Shown in pieces: positions 28,818-36,385 of a stretch of DNA of 64,000 nucleotides. Location: positions 24,361 to 88,360 of the forward strand of contig CAYNQI010000001.1 of NCBI GenBank assembly GCA_964399335.1. The letters run 5' to 3'. Positions within the stretch are counted from its first letter, which is position 1. Every line of letters starts with the position of its first letter. Under the pieces are notes generated by a model that was given only the letters and a program-made list of their open reading frames with translations, ran no database searches and had not been told where the DNA came from. Source of the DNA: an uncultured Thermoplasmata archaeon (GTDB lineage: Archaea > Thermoplasmatota > Thermoplasmata > Halarchaeoplasmatales > Halarchaeoplasmataceae). A program made the position numbers and the translations under genes.

Positions 28818-29562
28818 CTATTTCACCTTTTTTAGACCTCTTATTTTTAGAATTATTCATATGATTTTTTGAGATGTAATATATTAAAGCAAATATGATC
28901 CCAACTATAACTAAAGCACCGATGCCTTGGAATAAACTTGTTTGAAAAGCCTCGAGTATGGCATCACTCAAGTACAAAGAAACTACAGCGATAAAAGTGC
29001 ATCCTATAAAAGATCCCAATATAATGGCTAACCATGCCTTGAACTTATCTAAACCGATTACCTTCCCTATTATAGATGCACCTACTCCTCCACTCCCCTG
29101 GAAAGGGAACATAACAAATAGAGCTACACCGATGAAAGCCACTTTTGAGATCCATTGTTTTTCTTTCATCTTTTTGGCCCCGAACTTTTCGAACTTTTTT
29201 ATCCAAGTTCCGATAAGGGGTATTTTCTCCGCGATGTAAAAATTCCATAAAAGGAAATACGATGTGACTATATCTACAAAAGCTATAGATCCAGCAACAA
29301 GAACTATGATCGTAGCAGGTGTGAGGATACCTTTAGCATTTATAGCACCTACTGTTAAAGGTATAACACTCTCTTTCCCAGCAGGGGGGAAAAAGTAACC
29401 GAACATCCCTCCTCCGGTTATCCAATAAATGCTTTTATTATGTATGATAAGGTATAGTAAAATTAGGTATAGAGACGCGATAAGAAACGGTAGAAAAAAT
29501 ATTACAATTTTACCAGGTAGTGTGGTAAAGAATCCGTTCAATTCCTTATCTTCTTCCATCAA
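28801..29562 (-). CDS. Small multi-drug export family membrane protein (COG2426-like)
   Basis: FFPPAGKESVIP, FVMFPFQGSGGVGASIIG, multiple TM helices. Confidence 0.8.
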   Translation of the reverse strand: MMEEDKELNGFFTTLPGKIVIFFLPFLIASLYLILLYLIIHNKSIYWITGGGMFGYFFPPAGKESVIPLTVGAINAKGILTPATIIVLVAGSIAFVDIVTSYFLLWNFYIAEKIPLIGTWIKKFEKFGAKKMKEKQWISKVAFIGVALFVMFPFQGSGGVGASIIGKVIGLDKFKAWLAIILGSFIGCTFIAVVSLYLSDAILEAFQTSLFQGIGALVIVGIIFALIYYISKNHMNNSKNKRSKKGEIDEIEE

Positions 29563-29598
29563 AAATGGAGTAGATATAGATATTTAAGAACTTTGGGT

Positions 29599-29724
29599 TT
29601 AAATCCTTGATTTTTTACCAAAAATGACCTTTTTTCCACAGAAAGGACAATCTTTTGATTCGGTGTCCTTTTCTATTTTAAAATGTGTCCCACATTTAGG
29701 ACATACTGCATCCAATTCCGCCAT
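29599..29724 (-). CDS. 41-aa CPxCG zinc-finger micro-protein (absent from ORF track)
   Basis: MAELDAVCPKCGTHFKIEKDTESKDCPFCGKKVIFGKKSRI with two CPxCG knuckles. Confidence 0.8.
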   Translation of the reverse strand: MAELDAVCPKCGTHFKIEKDTESKDCPFCGKKVIFGKKSRI

Positions 29725-29776
29725 GATATGCTGATGTAGATAGTCGATAAAAAGTTTACCTGTCAGCTAACTCATC

Positions 29777-30268
29777 TCACTCGAGTAAGGTGATATTCTT
29801 TTTACCTATTTTTTTAACGACCCGATCGGCTATACTGGAATCGATGATCTTCTCAAGTTTGCCTTTGATGGACTTATGGATTATAACATGGATAATATTC
29901 ATCCGCTCAAATTCGTCGATTATCTCTTTAGATATGTCGTCAGTGGTCCTTAAATAGACACCGTAAGGTATCTCGAATTCGTCCATAACATCTATTATAT
30001 CTGAAGCCATTTCATCTGCCATCTGTTTCTTGGTCTGTTGTACTTCGTTATCTATCTTTTCTTTCTCTTCATGGCCCAAATAAGCATCTACTATTTCCCT
30101 TTCAGGTCTCTCTTTGATTATCTTGAGGATTGCGATCTTTTCTGGATGTAATTTTTTTATGATTATTTTGATCTTTTCAAGTGATCTTTTGGAATATTTG
30201 TGTCCATAGCTGGCTATGAGAAGCGTTTCAGGTTTTTGTTTCCGTTCTTCTTTTTTTATTTCGTCCAT
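29777..30268 (-). CDS. Universal stress protein-like protein
   Basis: USP-like layout ending in GKLEKIIDSSIADRVVK; follows the transporter. Confidence 0.6.
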   Translation of the reverse strand: MDEIKKEERKQKPETLLIASYGHKYSKRSLEKIKIIIKKLHPEKIAILKIIKERPEREIVDAYLGHEEKEKIDNEVQQTKKQMADEMASDIIDVMDEFEIPYGVYLRTTDDISKEIIDEFERMNIIHVIIHKSIKGKLEKIIDSSIADRVVKKIGKKNITLLE

Positions 30269-30287
30269 AAATTTCCACCTTTATTTA

Positions 30288-31697
30288 TCACCAATACCCT
30301 AATAATTTCCACCATGCTAACCCTACTGTGATAAAGGTCAATATCCCGAATATGTTCAGCAATAATCCTGCCTTCAAAAAGTCTTTAGCTTCAAGTTGAC
30401 CCGTTCCATAAACCAGCATCGCACTGGGTGTACCTATGGGTAACAGGAAAGCAAAACCACTAGCTAGTGCAATAGTGAATACTGGAACTATAACAGGGAA
30501 GCCAAGAGGTACCATAGCTGAGATACCTATCGGAAGTATGACCGCCGTTACCGCTGCGTTACTCATGGCACTAGATAAAAACACGGTAAGGGTGGCGAAT
30601 ACAGCGATCATCAATAAGGGGTTGTTACCGATGCCAGAGATAATTCCAGATGAGATACGATCTAAAAGACCGGTATGAGGTAATATCAATGAAAGGGTTA
30701 CTGCTCCTACATACAGAAACAAAGTACCCCATGGCATCCTCGATTCCACATCCTCCCATGTAACGATCTTAGTGGCTCCGATAGCGAATGCCAATATCAC
30801 GGCTACAACACCCATCCCTATTATCTGACCTACAGTAGCCCATGCTATAAAACCTGCAAAAAGGAAGCCGGCAGCCATACCTTCACCCATCTTTAGGTCT
30901 CCCATTTTCTTCAATTCATCTTTGATGTTACTTCTAATGTTTTCCATATCTACATCTTCTAGATCGTATAACCAGTTTAAAACCAAATAAACCACAACGA
31001 TCATGACCAAAGAAACTGGGATAGAGGCAACGAACCATTCTACAAAAGATATCGATTCTCCAGTATATTCTGTATATATTTCCACTGCTAATATGTTCCT
31101 AGCACCACCTAAAAAAGTAGCGATACTTCCCACTGATGTCCCGTAGGATAATGCTAATAGCGTAGCTTTGGCAAAATTTGACTCCATGATGTCTTTCCTA
31201 TTAGTGTAGGCATATATCCCCAATAATATAGGAATGAAAATAGCGGCTATACCATGGGAAGGCATTAGCATGGAGAGTAATGCCCCTACTGCAACTATAC
31301 CTAAAAGAAATCTTTTGGTAGATTTTCCAAAGAATTTTAGGAATGTAAGGGCAACACGTTTATGCAGATCCTGGGCTTCGAAGGCTATGGCTAAAACGAA
31401 GGCCCCCATAAGGAAGAAAAGTGTACCGGAATGAAATCCATAAAAGGCCTCTTCAGGAGGGATAAGACCTAGGATTACAGAAACAAATATTATCAAGAAT
31501 GTAGAAAAGATGAAGGAAACCGGGGTGAGGAGCCACATATAAACTGCAAGGAAAACGATGGCGGCACCATAGTACAATTTTGGATCGGCAGCATATAGAG
31601 TAGAAAGTAATACAATGAATGTAAATACGGCTAAGCCGAGAATTGTCTGGAACTTGTCGTTCCTCAGTATATCCATTATATTACTTCGCTCCACCAT
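30288..31697 (-). CDS. SLC13/DASS anion:Na+ symporter
   Basis: TSVGSIATFLGGARN, MSNAAVTA, AFLLPIGTPS. Confidence 0.92.
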   Translation of the reverse strand: MVERSNIMDILRNDKFQTILGLAVFTFIVLLSTLYAADPKLYYGAAIVFLAVYMWLLTPVSFIFSTFLIIFVSVILGLIPPEEAFYGFHSGTLFFLMGAFVLAIAFEAQDLHKRVALTFLKFFGKSTKRFLLGIVAVGALLSMLMPSHGIAAIFIPILLGIYAYTNRKDIMESNFAKATLLALSYGTSVGSIATFLGGARNILAVEIYTEYTGESISFVEWFVASIPVSLVMIVVVYLVLNWLYDLEDVDMENIRSNIKDELKKMGDLKMGEGMAAGFLFAGFIAWATVGQIIGMGVVAVILAFAIGATKIVTWEDVESRMPWGTLFLYVGAVTLSLILPHTGLLDRISSGIISGIGNNPLLMIAVFATLTVFLSSAMSNAAVTAVILPIGISAMVPLGFPVIVPVFTIALASGFAFLLPIGTPSAMLVYGTGQLEAKDFLKAGLLLNIFGILTFITVGLAWWKLLGYW

Positions 31698-31776
31698 AGC
31701 GTTGAGATATACACCTATGGGTATAAATTTATTTTCCAGTAATTTTTAGTGGTTTGAGATGTTTTAATTTCTCAAA

Positions 31777-32430
31777 TCATTCGACCATCAATATAGAATG
31801 GTCCTTTTGCCATTTTGATATATCTACCGTATCAACCATCTGATACCCTTTATCAATAACCTGTTTTACCAGATCATCGATGACTTTTTTTGATGGTTTA
31901 GAAACATCTATGCTCTTAGCTTTGATAGCTATCATCCCATAACCTCTGTTTTTTTTAAAGGTAAGGTTTTTCAAAAATATATCCAATTGATTACGCTGGG
32001 CGATATCTTGGTAAACAAAATCAACCCGCCCCACTAGATCTCTGTAGTTTTCTGGACGATTAGCATCCGCCATCATCGGGAAGATATTCTTCCTTTTTTT
32101 AGACAACTTCAAAAGGTTGCGATACGGTTTTCTAGCTTTTTCCACAGCGAAGATCCTGCCATCTGTTAATATATCGGAAAGATGTGATACAGTTGTGCCA
32201 TCCCCGGCACCAAGATAGAGGATATCGGCATCTGGACCGAATGGTAAACCGCCTTCTTTGACCAAAAAAGCTCCCAACTTACTTCGATGTGGGTCCCAAT
32301 TTCTGTATTCAAAATTGTCTACTTCTACTAGATCTTCTCCGTAAACAGATTCTCCAGGAACTAGGTTCATTGTATAATATCGACCTTCGATACGGTAAAC
32401 ACCGTCTGAAACAGGTATCGGTTCTTTCAT
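31777..32430 (-). CDS. flpA: Fibrillarin-like rRNA/tRNA 2'-O-methyltransferase
   Basis: GESVYGE, YRNWDPHRSKLGA, LYLGAGDGTTVSHLSD, YQDIAQRNQ. Confidence 0.97.
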   Translation of the reverse strand: MKEPIPVSDGVYRIEGRYYTMNLVPGESVYGEDLVEVDNFEYRNWDPHRSKLGAFLVKEGGLPFGPDADILYLGAGDGTTVSHLSDILTDGRIFAVEKARKPYRNLLKLSKKRKNIFPMMADANRPENYRDLVGRVDFVYQDIAQRNQLDIFLKNLTFKKNRGYGMIAIKAKSIDVSKPSKKVIDDLVKQVIDKGYQMVDTVDISKWQKDHSILMVE

Positions 32431-33521
32431 CTCATTTCATCCAAAACTTCGGGGAACTTCTCAGCAAATTTGCGAGCTCCCTCTTCAGGAACCGTGAAAG
32501 ATATCCTTACGAATTTATCTCCAGCGATATTCGATAGATAGTTACCTCCACGAACGAATATATCGTGTTCGTAAAGGAGTTTTTCCTGGATCTTCTGTGG
32601 ATCTAACCCGGTTTCTTCAATATCTATCACGAACATGTTGGTGTTAGATGGATAAACAGGTAGGAAAACATCGGGTATATCTTCTACTGCTTCCTTGATG
32701 ATAGATTGGTTCTTTCTTGACTGTTCCAACATCCCTGGAAGCCATTCCTTTTTGGTTTCCAAGGCCTTTTTCGCCCCGACCTGTGCGATAACATTCGCAG
32801 ATAGAACGTTGGTTCTGTACTTGTGAAGTATATCAGAGTATTCCTTTGGCATGATAAGTCCGCCCAATCTCATGCCTGCAAAACCCAAATTCTTTGAGAA
32901 GGAGTAAACGAACATCGTACGTTCTGGAACGAATTCAGAAGCTAGGGTGTGTTCGTACGCAAAATCCCTGTAAGTAATATCATCTATAACTAGAAGATCG
33001 TTATCCTCAGCGATCTCACAGATCCCTTTCACATCTTTTTTAGTGTATGATGAGCCTAAGGGATTTAGTGGATCGATAAGAAGTATCATCTTGGTATCCT
33101 TATCTACTTCTTCATTCACCTCTTCGACTGTCATCCTGTAAGGATCCTTATACACATCGATCTCCTTCGGAACAGCTCCACTCAATTTTATCTGATGATG
33201 TATAGGCATGAAACTCGGGTCCGACGCTATGACATTGTCACCTTCTTTTAGTAGAGCACGAGTAAGGGTGTATGTTCCTTCGATGGCTCCATTGGTGATG
33301 ATGGCATCAAATCCATCCTTCAAACCTAGATCTACAAGTAACCTTTCTTTCAATCCAAGTACACCATCTCTATGAGGGTAAAGGTTGAATTTCTTATTTT
33401 CTAAGGCATCTTTCATCGCTTCTAATATCTCTGGGGATGTTTCTATTTGGTTAGTGTTCTGACTCATCCAGACGATCTTGTCCTCCCTTTCATGGGCGTA
33501 AACGAACGGGTCTTTTTCCAT
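32427..33521 (-). CDS. PLP-dependent aminotransferase class I/II
   Basis: TNGAIEG, DPLNPLG, DDITY, YSFSKNLGFAGMRLG. Confidence 0.92.
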   Translation of the reverse strand: MEKDPFVYAHEREDKIVWMSQNTNQIETSPEILEAMKDALENKKFNLYPHRDGVLGLKERLLVDLGLKDGFDAIITNGAIEGTYTLTRALLKEGDNVIASDPSFMPIHHQIKLSGAVPKEIDVYKDPYRMTVEEVNEEVDKDTKMILLIDPLNPLGSSYTKKDVKGICEIAEDNDLLVIDDITYRDFAYEHTLASEFVPERTMFVYSFSKNLGFAGMRLGGLIMPKEYSDILHKYRTNVLSANVIAQVGAKKALETKKEWLPGMLEQSRKNQSIIKEAVEDIPDVFLPVYPSNTNMFVIDIEETGLDPQKIQEKLLYEHDIFVRGGNYLSNIAGDKFVRISFTVPEEGARKFAEKFPEVLDEMR

Positions 33522-33696
33522 TATACCACCGGATATGGTATGGCGAAGTGAGTATAAGTTTTTCGGGCAGAACTGAAAAAACTCTTAGAAAAATATTTAT
33601 CGACCTTTTCTTTTAGGAGGGTGTAGGTGGCTCGTTGGTTTTATATACAACCTGCTTTTAAGAAGAGCACGTGAAGTGTAGTTTAACTTCAAACTA

Positions 33697-33795
33697 GCTC
33701 CCGTGGTGTAGTCCGGCCAATCATCTCGGCCTTTCGAGGCCGATCAAACCGGCCAAAGACAGCCGATTACTCGGGTTCGAATCCCGACGGGAGCA
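33697..33795 (+). tRNA. tRNA-Glu(TTC) with a 24-nt intron (33737-33760) at position 37/38
   Basis: Acceptor GCTCCCG/CGGGAGC, anticodon stem TCGGC/GCCGA with TTC at 33733-33735, T-loop GTTCGAATC; BHB with helix CTTT/AAAG and bulges CGA and ACA. Confidence 0.96.
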
Positions 33796-33922
33796 TTTTT
33801 ATGTTCTTTTAAAAATGTGTAAGGAGGAGTGAGAACCTTTAGGTTCGCGAACAAAATTATGAAGTAATTTTGTGAGCTGTGAGAATTCTGTAGGAATTCT
33901 GACTAGAATCCCGACGGGAACA
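33779..33922 (+). repeat. Duplicated tRNA-Glu 3' end flanking a ~110-bp hairpin-rich insert
   Basis: GAATCCCGACGGGA at 33779-33792 and 33906-33919; inverted repeats at 33833-33846, 33851-33873 and 33882-33900. Confidence 0.8.
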
Positions 33923-34001
33923 CTACAAAAACTTATGGGCTTAAAATACCCTTTCTTCAAAATTTTTCGTGTATCAAATCTTATCCTGAGTTATGTTAAC
34001 T

Positions 34002-34142
34002 TTACTCCTTCTGAGACTCGATCTTCCGAAGTAACAGAATTATGATCCCGACCAGTAGGACGATCACGATCAAAAGACCAACAGAAAATGCATTTGATGT
34101 GGGTCCTACAGGGCATGTCTGGAGATTGATGTTTTCTAACAT
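34002..34142 (-). CDS. 46-aa single-TM micro-protein (different frame from the track ORF 33991-34221)
   Basis: MLENINLQTCPVGPTSNAFSVGLLIVIVLLVGIIILLLRKIESQKE. Confidence 0.7.
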   Translation of the reverse strand: MLENINLQTCPVGPTSNAFSVGLLIVIVLLVGIIILLLRKIESQKE

Positions 34143-34282
34143 GTTTATACCTTATACTATCAATATATAACACAGTGATACTAATACTTTTGGAACTGAT
34201 TCTAAAACAAAATTTCCTCATTGGTTTTAAATATCATTTTTCTTAGTGAAAGTTTTAAAAATGTTGATTTTAATCTCGTTCC

Positions 34283-35452
34283 ATGACCAACGTAGAATTT
34301 GGAATATGTGGAGATTTGGACCCTCATAAAACACCTAATGAGTTGAATCCACTGCCCACTTTAAAAAAAGACGATGTCGGAAAAATGCTGCTCAAGTTGA
34401 ATAGAAAACCCATGGAGAAAAGTCAGTTAATGGAAGAGTATGATAACCTTAAAGGTGATATAGATAAGTTGCTAAAACTAGGGGCATTGAGGGAAGACGA
34501 TAAGGTTTATGTTAATTTCACTCTTTTAGATGCTGAAGATTCGCGTTTTATCTTCGAGGAATGCGAACCTTTTGCCAAAGACCTTTCCGAATTTATTCTA
34601 GAACGGGAAGATGATATTTTTGCAGTACTAACTCAGTACAAGAATCCACATGTACCTAAAGAAAAGTTAGCATTTTTCATAATAGGTTGTTATCTACTTG
34701 ACTGGGGGTCCTTAGAATTGTTCCGGATGTGGGATGTTGCTGATAACAAAAAACCACAACCTGGAGGAAATGAATACACTTTATGGGGAGAAGAAGAGGT
34801 CGACCAGATGTTGAAAAGGATCTACTGGGGTGGACACGCTCTTAAAACTGGAGACTACATGTTTCACACTTTTGGCGATCATCACGATTATGCTCAAAGA
34901 TATGCTCTACCCGACCTTTTGCATGTTTTTCCAGATTTCGATTTTCAAGGTGGAGAGGAGTATGAAAGAGTACTGTTTGATAAACGCAAAGAAATGGCTA
35001 TAGAATTAGGAGAGATTTTGGATACTTTATACCAAAATGAAAATTTGAATCACGATAAAGGTAACCTTGTGGATTTTCTTAAGAAGATAGATTATATAGA
35101 AGATCAAGATGGACTCAAAGTGAACATACCATATTTCACAGAAGAAGAAGTTCCAATCATCGTGGAAGCTATCAAACCGATAATACCAGAGCTTAGGAAA
35201 TGGGTTGATACTGAAATGCCTATTTTAAAGAAGAAACTTAAACCGATCAGACCACTTCAAAACGGAGTCTCTTTTGAGGAGGTTTTCATCCAAGTGTGGC
35301 ACGTGGTCTTCGGACTTACCAACAAGCAACTAACAGAAGCTGGTATGTTCTACGATACCTACCAAGGTGGAATGGGATATTTGCAGGCTCTTTTTAAGGG
35401 CGATGTTTCAAAAATGGTTTTGAACGATTTATTGGATATCGGCATAGTTTAA
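34283..35452 (+). CDS. Hypothetical protein with an internal two-fold duplication
   Basis: Long acidic ORF; both halves share an L.K...(L/I)..DD..(Y/K)VN(F/I)...(D/T).E pattern. Confidence 0.75.
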   Translation: MTNVEFGICGDLDPHKTPNELNPLPTLKKDDVGKMLLKLNRKPMEKSQLMEEYDNLKGDIDKLLKLGALREDDKVYVNFTLLDAEDSRFIFEECEPFAKDLSEFILEREDDIFAVLTQYKNPHVPKEKLAFFIIGCYLLDWGSLELFRMWDVADNKKPQPGGNEYTLWGEEEVDQMLKRIYWGGHALKTGDYMFHTFGDHHDYAQRYALPDLLHVFPDFDFQGGEEYERVLFDKRKEMAIELGEILDTLYQNENLNHDKGNLVDFLKKIDYIEDQDGLKVNIPYFTEEEVPIIVEAIKPIIPELRKWVDTEMPILKKKLKPIRPLQNGVSFEEVFIQVWHVVFGLTNKQLTEAGMFYDTYQGGMGYLQALFKGDVSKMVLNDLLDIGIV

Positions 35453-35511
35453 CTTTTTGCATTCCGGACAAACAGCCCTTATAAATTTATACCACCTATC
35501 TATTACACCAC

Positions 35512-36069
35512 ATGGTTCTAATGCTTGAAAGAGAAGACGTCAAAAAAGTGAAAGACCTCTTGCTCGAGGGAGAAGAGACATCTGATATAGCAAAAAAATT
35601 AGACTGTGATTTTGAAGAGATACAGGATGTAATTGGATTGGAGACAGTGATTGCTGATGAGATATCCCAAGAAAAGCAGTCCAAAGCTTTCAAAGGATTT
35701 TCAGAAGGTAAAAAACCCGTAGATTTGGTGGAAGAAAAACTCCTTAACATCGATGAAGCCGGCCTCCTCTACAAAAAATATGAAGAACTATCTAAACTCG
35801 GAGAAACTAAAGATGATGATAAAAAATCACTTGAAAAATTATCAACACAGATCGGGTTGTTGGGCAGTAGACTATCGAGAATTGAACTTAAGGTTATGAA
35901 TTCTAAACTTCTGCCCGAAACCCAGAAATGCAGTAAATGCCGCTCAGAATCATCGTACAGTGTTGGCGTTGTCTGTTCTAATTGTAACGAAATCGATATG
36001 CTCCAGGATGAGAAGAAACCTGCAGATATTGTTGAAGGTATTCAGAATCTTATCCAGAATAAAAAATAA
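35512..36069 (+). CDS. Hypothetical protein: HTH-like N-terminus, coiled coil, C-terminal zinc ribbon
   Basis: ETSDIAKKLDCDFEEI (HTH-like), CSKC...CSNC. Confidence 0.65.
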   Translation: MVLMLEREDVKKVKDLLLEGEETSDIAKKLDCDFEEIQDVIGLETVIADEISQEKQSKAFKGFSEGKKPVDLVEEKLLNIDEAGLLYKKYEELSKLGETKDDDKKSLEKLSTQIGLLGSRLSRIELKVMNSKLLPETQKCSKCRSESSYSVGVVCSNCNEIDMLQDEKKPADIVEGIQNLIQNKK

Positions 36070-36073
36070 GATA

Positions 36074-36334
36074 TTATTCTTCTTCGTTCTCTAAAATAGT
36101 TTTTACCATACGTTTACCTTGATCTAAACGATCCAACCACATATTTTCACGTACTGGTTTCCAACGATTATTTTCAAAAACTGCGTTCAAACCTGCCTTC
36201 ATAGCGTCAGTTCCTTTCTGACGAATAAACTCTATTCTTTCTTTTTCAGACATCTCTTCAGCGATCTCCATCTTCTCGTCAAAGTCGAAATCGTTAAATG
36301 TTGATTGCTGGACTCTTTCGGGCATAGTTATCAC
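36074..36334 (-). CDS. Small acidic hypothetical protein
   Basis: ORF fills the gap, typical composition, no family recognised. Confidence 0.6.
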   Translation of the reverse strand: MITMPERVQQSTFNDFDFDEKMEIAEEMSEKERIEFIRQKGTDAMKAGLNAVFENNRWKPVRENMWLDRLDQGKRMVKTILENEEE

Positions 36335-36385
36335 ATTTATAATTTGAAAGCTTATACAGGAACTAAATTATTTATTTTACGCTTC

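Noticed and set aside
29599-29724. RNA polymerase subunit Rpo12/RpoP
   Set aside because: Has the zinc ribbon but lacks the C-terminal ILxKxR...VKA segment
31698-33696. C/D-box guide RNAs near fibrillarin
   Set aside because: No convincing RUGAUGA...CUGA pairs in the spacers inspected
33796-36340. Intact provirus or integrative element at tRNA-Glu
   Set aside because: No integrase, structural or replication genes; the att-like duplication spans only ~110 bp
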